A DNA stretch of 64,000 bases. Source: an uncultured delta proteobacterium (GTDB lineage: Bacteria; Desulfobacterota; Binatia; Binatales; Binataceae). Every line of letters begins with the position of its first letter. Within the stretch, counting starts at the first letter, position 1. Below are positions 42,159 through 51,527 of this stretch, piece by piece. The DNA lies in the NCBI GenBank assembly GCA_963710455.1, contig CAVQAG010000017.1, positions 323,225 to 387,224 of the forward strand, written 5' to 3'. The position numbers and the translations under genes are program-made. The notes beneath the pieces are model-generated. The model had not been told where the DNA came from, did not search any database, and was given only the letters and a program-made list of their open reading frames with translations.

Positions 42159-42530
42159 TTGAGTTCGTCCAGCCTTTTACTAGTCGACGATAACGACGAC
42201 GTGCGCGAAGTCACCGCGCTGCTGCTGCGCGATAGCGGATACGCTGTAATCGAGGCCTCCAGCGGTAACGCCGCGCTCGCCGCGCTCGACGCCAATCCGG
42301 CGATCGAGGTGCTGATCGTGGATTTTTCAATGCCGGGGATGTCGGGAATCGAGCTACTTGAACGGGCTCGCGCCAAGAAGCCGGAAATCAGGGCGGTGTT
42401 CATCACCGGGTATGTCGATAACACGTGGCTCGAAGGGAGGCTCGTCAACGAAATCGTGGTGAAGAAGCCATTTACGATGGCACAGCTCGCACCCGCGGTG
42501 CGCAAGGCTTTGGGCGAGTCCGAAATTTAA
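42159..42530 (+). CDS. single-domain response regulator (CheY-like receiver)
   Basis: LLLVDDNDDVRE...phospho-Asp in LIVDFSMPGMSG...conserved Lys in VVKKPF. 123 aa. It is divergent from the kinase gene. Confidence 0.8.
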   Translation: MSSSSLLLVDDNDDVREVTALLLRDSGYAVIEASSGNAALAALDANPAIEVLIVDFSMPGMSGIELLERARAKKPEIRAVFITGYVDNTWLEGRLVNEIVVKKPFTMAQLAPAVRKALGESEI

Positions 42531-42808
42531 GCCGCTCGCCGATTGGTGAAGGAGCCCAGCTTTTCGTTTTCGAGAAGCGCCTAGTCTTTAGACGCTTGCC
42601 CGGCGCATCAGCGCCGTCCGTACTCACGCCAAACACATTCCTTCGCTTCTTTTCAAGAGCCTGGAAAAACCTTCCGCCGATCGTAAAGTTAACCGCTTCC
42701 GGCGACGATTCATAACAAGGTTTTTTCTGGCGGCACAGTAGTTGCTGTAGTCACTTAGGTCGCAAACGCAACTATCTCTGCTGGATGCAGGTAAAGGGGC
42801 TAGATCAA

Positions 42809-43000
42809 ATGAATCAAGATCAGGTTAAGGGCAAGTGGAATCAGCTCAAGGGCGAAATCAAAAAGAAGTGGGCCAGGATGACCGACGACGATCTGCTGGA
42901 GACCGAAGGCGATATCGACAAGCTCTCCGGGAAAATCCAGGAGCGGACGGGCGATCGGAAGGAAGACATCCGCAAATGGCTTAACGAGCGCTACCAGTAA
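42809..43000 (+). CDS. csbD: CsbD-family general stress protein
   Basis: KGKWNQLKGEIKKKWARMTDDDLLETEGDIDKLSGKIQERTGDRKEDIRKWLNE is the CsbD/YjbJ signature. AAGGGG lies upstream of the ATG at 42809. Confidence 0.8.
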   Translation: MNQDQVKGKWNQLKGEIKKKWARMTDDDLLETEGDIDKLSGKIQERTGDRKEDIRKWLNERYQ

Positions 43001-43362
43001 GTTCCCTTGATGCGGTGGCGGCTTTCAGCGTGTACGAGATCGTGCGCCTGGAAGCCGCGCCGCACTACAGTACGGAGCATAAAATGCGATATTTTGTGGC
43101 ATGGCTTCTCGGAGTACCTATTTCAGTTCTAGTGCTTTGGTATCTAGTCACTCATCTGCTTTAAAGCATCGTTGCAATATGCTTCGAGGTCGCGCTGACG
43201 CGTCGAAGCCGAGTGCCGATTTCGGCGTAAACCGAGAATAGTAGGCGGCTAATGTGATAGCCGGGTTCCGTATATCGATGCAAGTGCTTCGTTAAGTGCT
43301 AGGAGAAGCGGAAATATTGCCGGCGCTAACCGGATCGACAATCCGAGTCGCGGGCGGGACTA

Positions 43363-45000
43363 TCAGCCTGCAGCAGTCTTCGCTTGACGGTCGAATCCCG
43401 GCAGGATCGCATTGACGAACCCGTTCTGGACGAATTGTATCAACGCCTGCCACGTACTCACATCCGGGTTGTTGAGTTTTCCGGACAAGTCGACTTTGGT
43501 CGCCACCTTTTGAGTCGACGAATTCTTGACTATCTTGGCAGCTGCTCCAACCGCTAACTCATAAGCCTGATGAGTAATCGATTTGTTCTTATCCTTGTCC
43601 GGATCGTAGACCTGCACGTCGCTAAATAGCGGTTTTACGTAGCCTACCATCCGTCCACGCCGGACATTGACCTGCGAGAAGACGGAAAGCTTCCCCTGCT
43701 TAACGTCAAACCTGCCATAAGCGCGCAGCAGGTTGTTCAGCGCCGGAAGGCTGGCGTCGCGGATCGCGAGATCGAGGTCGAAGTCCGAGCCGGGCTTCTC
43801 CGGACGAAACTCGCCGCTGATAACGATCTCGCCACTGTCCATGAACCGGCCCCGTAGCAGCATGTGGGCTGGACCTTCGGCAAAATGGTTGGATAAGTTT
43901 CTGATCTGAAGCTCCATATCGGAAATGGAGAGTTGGTAATGGGGCTCCTTGGTCTCATCGATGTACACTACCTGGCTACCGACGATCTGGAGCCTGGCGA
44001 TTCTTACCAGGGTTTGCGGAGCATTGTTGATTTTCTGGGTTCCCGCCTTCACCGCCGCCACGCGATGCTCCTCAGCGGCAGCGGTGGGTGTCGCATGGGT
44101 ATACGCAAATCGCCCGCCGGCGATCTTGATCTGATAGACGTCGACCTTTTCGATCTTGGGTCCATACTCAACGAACCCGTAGCTGGACAATATGCCGCCT
44201 TCCACGCTGGTGTTTACCCGACTGAGCTCAGGTTTGAATTGTGTGAGCGGCACATTTTCCAGACGATAGCTAACGGCGGCGCTGGCAACCGGCTTGGTCA
44301 GGAAGTTCGCGCTGCCCTTGATGCTCGCATGGCCCACATCGAAAACAGTTGCTTCAGCCTGTATGGGGGACGGATACGCTGTGGCAGCCGATCTCGCATT
44401 GCGGATGTTATCCGCAGTAACGTACAGGTGCTCAAGTCTAAGCGGCCGGTTAGGATCGGTATCCACGTAGACGGCGTCCCCATCTTCAATTGTGAAATGG
44501 TTGATCTTGAATGGATAAATGCTCTCTACGGCGTCCTGCCATCCTTTTTTGCTTAACGGTAATTTGTCCTTGTATTCGGCGCGCAACTGTATCAGATCAA
44601 TATGCAGCCGGGGATGAAAGAGAGACAGATCCGCCACGACGTGCCCGGTGAACAGGTCGCGCCACTCTATTTCCAAAGTAAAGATCGGGAACTGAGCCAC
44701 CGAGGTGCGCGGATGCAGTTTCTGGATCATCTTAAGGTCACGCAAGGTGAGCGTGAAGTCGACCAGGTTTAGATGCGCTCCGCCGAGGTGGGTTTCATAA
44801 CCCTTCAGCCTCGCATTCATATTTCTTTCGGCCCACGAGCGTATGGTGGGATCGAGCAAATATGATGCTGCCAATAGGATTACCAGACATCCAACAAACG
44901 CCACCGCCAACCACGATGCTACTCGCGCGCCACGAGATTGCCGCGGCCGCTCTGGCGCAGCCCGGCCATTGTCAGTCGAATCCTCCACAGCCATCGACAC
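43363..45000 (-). CDS. DUF748/AsmA-like membrane-anchored protein (outer-membrane biogenesis family)
   Basis: 545 aa with an N-terminal TM anchor and a long beta-rich periplasmic region. The family assignment is from overall pattern only. It sits in a lower-GC stretch. Confidence 0.55.
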   Translation of the reverse strand: MSMAVEDSTDNGRAAPERPRQSRGARVASWLAVAFVGCLVILLAASYLLDPTIRSWAERNMNARLKGYETHLGGAHLNLVDFTLTLRDLKMIQKLHPRTSVAQFPIFTLEIEWRDLFTGHVVADLSLFHPRLHIDLIQLRAEYKDKLPLSKKGWQDAVESIYPFKINHFTIEDGDAVYVDTDPNRPLRLEHLYVTADNIRNARSAATAYPSPIQAEATVFDVGHASIKGSANFLTKPVASAAVSYRLENVPLTQFKPELSRVNTSVEGGILSSYGFVEYGPKIEKVDVYQIKIAGGRFAYTHATPTAAAEEHRVAAVKAGTQKINNAPQTLVRIARLQIVGSQVVYIDETKEPHYQLSISDMELQIRNLSNHFAEGPAHMLLRGRFMDSGEIVISGEFRPEKPGSDFDLDLAIRDASLPALNNLLRAYGRFDVKQGKLSVFSQVNVRRGRMVGYVKPLFSDVQVYDPDKDKNKSITHQAYELAVGAAAKIVKNSSTQKVATKVDLSGKLNNPDVSTWQALIQFVQNGFVNAILPGFDRQAKTAAG

Positions 45001-45171
45001 AACCTCAAATGTTTTATTATCTGCCGCTCAGGGGTGATCCGTAGCTGCCGGCGCCAGCGCGCCGAATGTGATGATAGGAGAGGCGCGGCTTGAGCGGTTG
45101 GCGGAAGGTTGCCAAGCGTTGTATGCACCTCAAATCCGTTATGTACGCAGCAACCGCAGACTCTCCCGCGC

Positions 45172-45432
45172 TTATTGGGCGGGCTCAGGAGGTGAATAGG
45201 TCGTGGTCGACCGCTTTTGAACTACGCCACCATTGGGACTCGTCGTAGTGGTGGTGGTGGTGGTCTGTGATGAGGTTGAAGGAGGAGTCGTTACGACCGG
45301 CGCAGGCGGCGGGACTGTTCCATATTCGGTTGTGGTAGTGGTTTCCCTGGTGGCGGTCGGACCGCATGCAGAGCAAAAGCCGATACCAAAGGCGGCGATA
45401 GATACAGTAGCCCACGATTTCCAGTGTTTCAT
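45172..45432 (-). CDS. small Thr-rich secreted/lipoprotein (86 aa); paralog of 50609..50816
   Basis: GGAG lies 8 nt upstream of the ATG. A signal peptide ends ...GFCSAC, followed by a Thr/Pro-rich tail ending ...QKRSTTTYSPPEPAQ. Compare ...RQRSTTTYAP at 50609. Confidence 0.55.
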   Translation of the reverse strand: MKHWKSWATVSIAAFGIGFCSACGPTATRETTTTTEYGTVPPPAPVVTTPPSTSSQTTTTTTTTSPNGGVVQKRSTTTYSPPEPAQ

Positions 45433-45492
45433 TGGGTATACTCCGGGTAGATCGAAAACTTAAATGACGTGGCCGGGCTTTCGCGTGTGCTT

Positions 45493-45684
45493 TTATCGCG
45501 AGGGAACTTTAGCCCCCGACTTCCGCGCTTCGGAAAGCCCGATCGCGATTGCCTGTTTACGGCTCTTGACTTTCTTGCCGGATTTGCCGGACTTGAGTTT
45601 GCCGCGTTTCATTTCATGCATCGCCCGCCCAACTTTGGAGGAAGCCTTCTCGCCATATTTTCGGGATTTGCTCTTTGTCGCCAT
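45493..45684 (-). CDS. conserved small basic protein (about 63 aa, Lys/Ser-rich)
   Basis: MATKSKSRKYGEKASSKVGRAMHEMKRGKLKSGKSGKKVKSRKQAIAIGLSEARKSGAKVP resembles a widespread small basic hypothetical family. The longer 117-aa track ORF has an implausible N-terminal extension. Confidence 0.45.
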   Translation of the reverse strand: MATKSKSRKYGEKASSKVGRAMHEMKRGKLKSGKSGKKVKSRKQAIAIGLSEARKSGAKVPSR

Positions 45685-46086
45685 AGTTACTAACCGTAGG
45701 TGAGGTTGTTTCAAGCCGCGCGCGACGCGCACTTTCGTATATAGATCGGCCGCAAAAGCCCTCAGCTTGATTGTTTTCTCGCGTATAAACGAAATCATGG
45801 CGGCCTCGTCATAAACTATGACTATATGAAAATCCCGTGCCGACAATTTCTACATCTGTTCTCGTCGACTATAGCTTGAATTTGTTAGGCACGATCGCGC
45901 GTCTTGGACTCGCGGAGTGGCACAAATTACGTTGTGCGTTGACCGGTTTGAAATAGCCGGACTGATTTGAAGAGGCGAACTGGCAGCAGAGCGCCATCAT
46001 CGCCAGTGCGAGGATTGGGCTCTATCCCCTGCCTCGCCTGTGAAGCTTGGGCGCAGAGCCACCTTTAGAACTGTCAGTGGCCGGGA

Positions 46087-47484
46087 CTACTCTTCTTTGA
46101 GATGGTTGTAGAGGGTTTTCAGCGAGACGCCGAGAATTTCCGCGGCCTTGGCCTTGTTGCCACCGGTAAATTTGAGCGTCTGCAAAAGAAGCTCGCGTTT
46201 CACCGCGCTTAGCGACATGCCCACGTGTATATCGAGAGCGGGATGGCCTTGGCCGTTGTCTGGTTTGAAGGCCGCGGGCGGACTAGGTTTTACGCTATCT
46301 GGCATATCGAACGTGATCTCCTCTGGCAGGTCTGCCGTCGAGATCATCGGCCCGCGTGTAACGATAAGCGCCCGTTCGATAACGTTGCGCAACTGCCTTA
46401 CGTTGCCCGGCCAGCGCTGAGCCTTGAGCAACTCGAGACATTCCGCTTCCATGCCGACCACCGCTTTGCCCGCGGCGGGGGCCAGTTGCTGAAGAAAATG
46501 TTCGATCAGGGTCGGAATATCCTCGGCGCGCTCGCGGAGAGTGGGCAGTTGAATCGTGAAAACGTTGAGTCTGTAGTACAGATCCTCGCGGAACTTTCCG
46601 TCGCGCAACTGGCCTTCCAGGTTGCGATTGGTTGCGGCTAATACGCGTACGTCGACAGGAATCTCGGCACTACCGCCCAGGCGGCGAATCTTCCGTTCCT
46701 CGAGCACCCGCAAGAGCTTCGCCTGCAATTCCGGCTTCATCTCGCCGATCTCGTCGAGCAGGAGAGTTCCGCCGCCGGCTAATTCGAAACAGCCCTCGCG
46801 GCGGCGATCGGCGCCGGTGAAGGCTCCCCGCTCGTGGCCAAACAGCTCGCTTTCCATCAGCGTCTCGGGCAGGGCGGCGCAGTTGATAGCGATGTAAGGA
46901 CCGCTGGACCGCGGCGACAGCTCATGGATGGTGCGCGCAGCGAGTTCCTTGCCAGTACCGCTTTCACCCACGATGACGATCGAGGCACTGCTCGGCGCGA
47001 CTTGATCGATGGCGGCCATTACGCGGCGCATCGCGAGCGATTGTCCTATCAGCTGCCCCAGTTCGCCGGCATCCATCAGGCGGCGGCGCAAAAGCTGGTT
47101 TTCTTTGCTGACCGTCAGATGGGTGCGCAGATTGTTGAGCAGCACCTCCATGTGATGCGGATCGACGGGCTTGCGCAGATAGTCATAGGCCCCGAGCTTT
47201 ATCGATTGAACGGCGTCGTCGATATCGCCCTCGCCGGAGATCACGATGGTCGGAATCTGCCAGCCGTTTGCACGGATTTCGCGAAGCACCGCCAGGCCGT
47301 CTTTTTTCGGGAGCCTCAGGTCGAGCAGGAGGATTTGCGGGTCGGAGCTTTCAATCAACTGCAAAGCCCGTTCGCCGTCTTCAGCGTTCTCCACCCGGTA
47401 GCCCCAAGACGAGATCAAGGTGGACCACGCTTCCCGCGCGTCCGAGTTGTCCTCGACAATGAGTACTTTGATGCCGGCTTTCAT
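46087..47484 (-). CDS. sigma-54-dependent transcriptional activator (NtrC family: REC + AAA+ + Fis HTH)
   Basis: Receiver KVLIVEDNSDARE...LLLDLRLPKKDG, Walker A GESGTGKE, GAFTGA (ERGAFTGA), and the C-terminal HTH ...AAEILGVSLKTLYNHLK. There is no adjacent kinase gene. Confidence 0.9.
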   Translation of the reverse strand: MKAGIKVLIVEDNSDAREAWSTLISSWGYRVENAEDGERALQLIESSDPQILLLDLRLPKKDGLAVLREIRANGWQIPTIVISGEGDIDDAVQSIKLGAYDYLRKPVDPHHMEVLLNNLRTHLTVSKENQLLRRRLMDAGELGQLIGQSLAMRRVMAAIDQVAPSSASIVIVGESGTGKELAARTIHELSPRSSGPYIAINCAALPETLMESELFGHERGAFTGADRRREGCFELAGGGTLLLDEIGEMKPELQAKLLRVLEERKIRRLGGSAEIPVDVRVLAATNRNLEGQLRDGKFREDLYYRLNVFTIQLPTLRERAEDIPTLIEHFLQQLAPAAGKAVVGMEAECLELLKAQRWPGNVRQLRNVIERALIVTRGPMISTADLPEEITFDMPDSVKPSPPAAFKPDNGQGHPALDIHVGMSLSAVKRELLLQTLKFTGGNKAKAAEILGVSLKTLYNHLKEE

Positions 47485-48772
47485 AGTAATCGCATTCGCT
47501 ACTGGACTACTCATTCGCCCAAAAGAATGTTCCGAGTGAGGATGCCCGCCCGCTTCGGCCGCACGCACTAATTTTAAGAAATAGGAACGCGCGATCTGTT
47601 CCAGGCTGTCCCCGGCCGATAATCCCGCCGTCGCGCGATGCCAAATGATAGCATCAATGATGCCATTCTCTGAGCTTCGATTGTCACAGATCAGCCTTAT
47701 AAGGCGTCCGAAAACAGAGGCGTGAATGCGTGACCAAGACTGATGTCCAGCGCATTTTGTAACATTTCCATTTTGTCGGCCGCAAACTGGCTGTTATTTC
47801 GTGGATTGATCGCCGACCTTGCACAACGGCCAGCGCGACGTATTCGATCAGATGACCGAAGGTTGGCCATGCGTCGTCAAACCCTCACCTACGCGCGCGC
47901 CGCGCATGCTGAGCGTCGCTCAGAGCGCTCCAAGCTAGTTCCGCATGAGCGCGGTCCGAATCGACCGCGACAATGCGATTAGCGAGAGCCCTTGTTTTGC
48001 TATGGGAAGCGATCGCCCGAGTAATCGTATGTCGCGCAGGCGACGGGGGTTGACCGTCGCGACCACGAGGAGAAATTGCTCGAAGGTCATCCCCAAATGA
48101 CGAAATCCGCCCTGGTAGAAAATGAAGGCGTAAAAATCCACCAGCTCGTCCGGCATCGCCGGTGGCAGCTCAGGACGGGCAGCGGCCAGCCGAAATGCTC
48201 GGACGTTCCGTGCCTGGTTGGCAAGATGAGATCTCCGACGAATTGCCGGCGACGATGACTCGTTCGAGTCAACAGATGGACGCGAAGCGACGTTAACCGA
48301 TGGCATCGCGCTCACGCTTTGAGCCTCCGAACGGGACTTGACCTGGCTGAGGAGAAGTGGACCGCCGCGCGGAAGGTGCAGAGGCCCGAACGAAAAAGGG
48401 GGGGGTAGGATTTTCATTCGGAACAAGTCCGCGCGGCGGTCGGGCGTTTGGAGACCATAAGAACCAGTAGCTGCCTTGAGCAACAGCTATGCCGAACGTC
48501 TCTGCTAACGATACGCTGCTTTTGCGTGCGCTTTTGGTTGTTGTCTCTCTCGTCAGATTGCAAAATTTTCAAAGGTGTTTGAAATTATCCTCCTCAGTAC
48601 GTTTTACATAGACCAGCTTAAATGTCGGAAAGTTTAGAGACCCCGAAGCGACAGACTACAAATTGTCCTGCGTTAACCCAGGGGGACGGCAGGTCGCGTG
48701 AACGGAAGGTTCGACAAGGTCTGTGGATATTTGTGATTAAAACATCAAAAATCGAGGCTCATCATCGTCTAC

Positions 48773-48787
48773 TGGCACGGCGCTTGC
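48773..48787 (+). promoter_or_regulatory. sigma-54 (RpoN) -24/-12 promoter CTGGCACGgcgcTTGCC, 38 bp upstream of the ExeA-like ATPase gene
   Basis: Exact match to the extended consensus YTGGCACG-N4-TTGCW, seen directly. It is divergent from the sigma-54 activator gene across a 1.3-kb mostly non-coding region. Confidence 0.75.
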
Positions 48788-48825
48788 CCAAGCATCCAGC
48801 GACATAAAGAACATAACCGACGCCC

Positions 48826-50501
48826 ATGTACTACAGACACTTCCGCCTGACGGGCCCACCCTTCGAAGCTTTGGCGGGCCCCGAAGCTCTCTACCTCAGC
48901 CGGGCTCATCGCGAAAGCCTGGCGGCTTTGGAGTGGGGTCTGCTGCATGAGCCAAGTGGCTTTACCACCCTGATCGGAGAAACCGGCACCGGTAAAACCA
49001 CCCTGGTATCTTCCATCCTTGCGCGCAATTTCACCCAGCTGCGCGCGGCCTACGTCATAAATCCGAAGCTCTCATTCGAAGATATCCTGCGCGTCGTCCT
49101 CGGCCAGTTCGGCATTCCATGTACGGAGCCAAACAAGCTGGATCGCATAGAGGCACTGGTCGGTTTCCTCCGCGCTCGGACGCCGAGCGAGCGGCTGGCG
49201 ATAATCGTTGACGAGGCCCAGGGCCTCAGTGACGAGGCTCTCGAAGAGCTCCGCCTGTTGTCGAACTACGGGCAGCGGATCGGGAAATATCTGCAACTCG
49301 TCCTGGTCGGGCAACCGGAACTGGGGCTACGTCTGAAAAGCCCATCATTGCGGCAGTTCAACCAGCGAGTGGCCGCGCGTTCAGTGCTCAGCCGGCTGAG
49401 TTTTGCAGAGGCCCATGAATACGTTGAATATCGATTGCGCGCGCGGGACGGACGCATCAAGGATATTTTCGAATCCGACGCTCTGGACTACCTTCTCCGC
49501 CATAGCGCAGGAATTCCCCGCCAAATCAACGTGCTATGCCACAACGCGTGCTGCTGGCGTATTCTTACGGATCGCCGCTGGTGGAACTCAAAGCCGCCAG
49601 GGCGGCAGTAGCCGATCACGGCGAGTCGCTACTGGCAACTTGGACTCTGGCTATTCCGTCCAAGCGCATACAGCCTATATATGTTGGGGTCGCCGCGCTG
49701 GGACTGCTGCTCATTGCCGGATATGGCTATAGGGCGGTGCCCACGCATGCACCGCCGATCAACGCCGACGCATCGGCGGCCGTCTCGATGCGGGCGGTAC
49801 GGGAAAACAGTGGGGCGCCGCTTCAGGCAGCGCGAGAGTCCAAAGCATCATTCAAGCCCATGGCGAAATCGGTAGCAGCGCCCGCACCTCTAGCCCCACC
49901 GCTCCACCGGGAGGCCGAGGACGCAAGCTCGGTTGATAGTAAATCTATTGACCCCCCGCGCACTTTGCCGCCGGGAGAGGCCGTGCGCGGCAAAGAGGTC
50001 CAGCAGCAAAATAGCAAGATCACGGCGAGCCTCGTCTTCCCTGCCGTGCCGCAGCCTGCTCAGCCGGACGTACAACACGCAAATCTGGATCACGCAAATC
50101 TGGATCCCTCAAGTCTGCGCGAAAAAAATCCGAACGAAGAAATTGGCGAAGCGCGCAACGCACAACAACCGTCAGACGACTCGGGCGCGTCCATCGCCCA
50201 AGAAGGCGATCATCAGCGCAGCATCGTGGTCAAATATGGGGACACAATGGAGAAGCTCGCGCTTCGTCACCTGGGTTCCCGTTATGCGCTCAATGAACTG
50301 ATCGACAACAACCCTCAGATAACAGACATCAACAGAATTTATCCCGGACAGAGAGTCTACCTGTCTCGATCAGAACCAAACGAGGCTGGCGAATCGCCCG
50401 CATCCGAGACCGGCTCTCAACCCCCGCCTTCACTCGCGGGCAATACCTCGCACATCGATGACTCCAAGATGTCGAGTTCTGCCCGCGCCGGCAAAAACTG
50501 A
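48826..50501 (+). CDS. ExeA/GspA-like AAA+ ATPase with a TM segment, Pro/Ala-rich linker and C-terminal LysM domain; frame broken near 49545-49555
   Basis: The N-terminus MYYRHFRLTGPPFEALAGPEALYLSRAHRESLAALEWGL...GETGTGKTT is collinear with ExeA/MshM/TIGR03015-type ATPases (frame of 48826..49611). Continuation ...NALLAYSYGSPLVELKAARAAV..., the TM segment PIYVGVAALGLLLIAGYGY, and the LysM IVVKYGDTMEKLALRHLGSRYALNELIDNNPQITDINRIYPGQRVYL lie in the frame of 49536..50501. Confidence 0.7.
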
Positions 50502-50608
50502 CAAACTTAGCGATTCTAGTTTTCAGTCCATCCGCACTCCGGACGGCCGAAGCCCGCTTCGCCGCATCCGAACTCGGCCGTCCGGCTTTCATGAAAACTT
50601 ACGGGACC

Positions 50609-50816
50609 TTACGGCGCGTAAGTTGTGGTCGAACGTTGCCGCACGCTTCCATCGTCGCTTTGCGTGGTAGTACTGGTCGTCGTGCTTGGGGCAGATGGCT
50701 CGGCCACTGCCGGAGTTTCGGTTTCGGTCTTATGGTAACTGAAACATCCGGTCGCCAGGACCATTGAAAGTCCTGCAATAGCCAAGGTGATCGTATGTAT
50801 TAGTTTCCGCATCATA
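50609..50816 (-). CDS. small Thr-rich lipoprotein (about 68 aa); paralog of 45172..45432
   Basis: GGAGG lies 7 nt upstream of the second ATG of MMRKL. The signal peptide has a lipobox-like LATGC, followed by a Thr-rich tail ...TTTSTTTQSDDGSVRQRSTTTYAP. Confidence 0.6.
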
Positions 50817-51122
50817 TGGCCTCCAAAAATCGTACTATATCGAGATGAAACTGAGATTCCGGCATTCGCCGTCTGATAATGAAAGTCTGCACCTCCTGTG
50901 CCAACCACGGCGCATAGTGATCAAAGGACGAAGGCCCTGGATTTGTTGTGCGTGTTACATGCGCACACAAATTCGTTCATTCGCCTATGATGATAAAACT
51001 CGCGCTCAAGTCCGCGATGGCGCGACTGAGTATTTGACCGTTTTACAGGGCCGCGATCTCCTTGACCAAGGGAGCTCGCGGTAAAATATTCGCTCAACCC
51101 GCGAAGGCGTCAGCGATTCGAA

Positions 51123-51527
51123 TCAGGATTTTTTTATCTGGATCTCGCCACCGAGGAGGGACTCGCCGGTAAATTCGGAAACCGGGCGATACTCGATGCT
51201 CGGCGTAACTGGTGGATTGCGCGAAGGATCGAGCGGCGGTAGGCGGGAGTTCCGTTTCGCGGCCGCTTCCACCAGCGCGGTGTCGGGCCGCCACGGTTCG
51301 GCATCGTTGTTGCGGACGGCAGTTCCGCGAAAATCGTAGCGCATCCAGTAAACCGTACGCATCGCGACGCCTGCGGGATCACGATGCAGATGCGTGTAAA
51401 GCCATTTCTCGTTGAAACAGACGCCGTCCTCTTCGCGTTCCCGCGGATCGTCGAGGCTGCCCTCGGTACGGTCGGGCGTGCCGAGAATCGCGACAATCGC
51501 ATTGCGGGCCGGCCGATGATCGTTCAT
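51123..51527 (-). CDS. hypothetical protein, last gene of the nuo-like operon
   Basis: The ORF continues directly after the nuoEF stop; the start is assigned at MNDHRPARNAIVAILG. No recognisable domain. The N-terminal part of the 175-aa track ORF overlaps nuoEF and is probably not translated. Confidence 0.4.
   Translation of the reverse strand: MNDHRPARNAIVAILGTPDRTEGSLDDPREREEDGVCFNEKWLYTHLHRDPAGVAMRTVYWMRYDFRGTAVRNNDAEPWRPDTALVEAAAKRNSRLPPLDPSRNPPVTPSIEYRPVSEFTGESLLGGEIQIKKS

Noticed and set aside
47935-48483. 182-aa minus-strand ORF in the long spacer between the sigma-54 activator and the sigma-54 promoter
   Set aside because: The N-terminal two-thirds are low-complexity Ser/Pro/Arg-rich. 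The C-terminal 70 aa are vaguely protein-like, but there is no start-site support. The region is treated as regulatory spacer and flagged in the findings instead.
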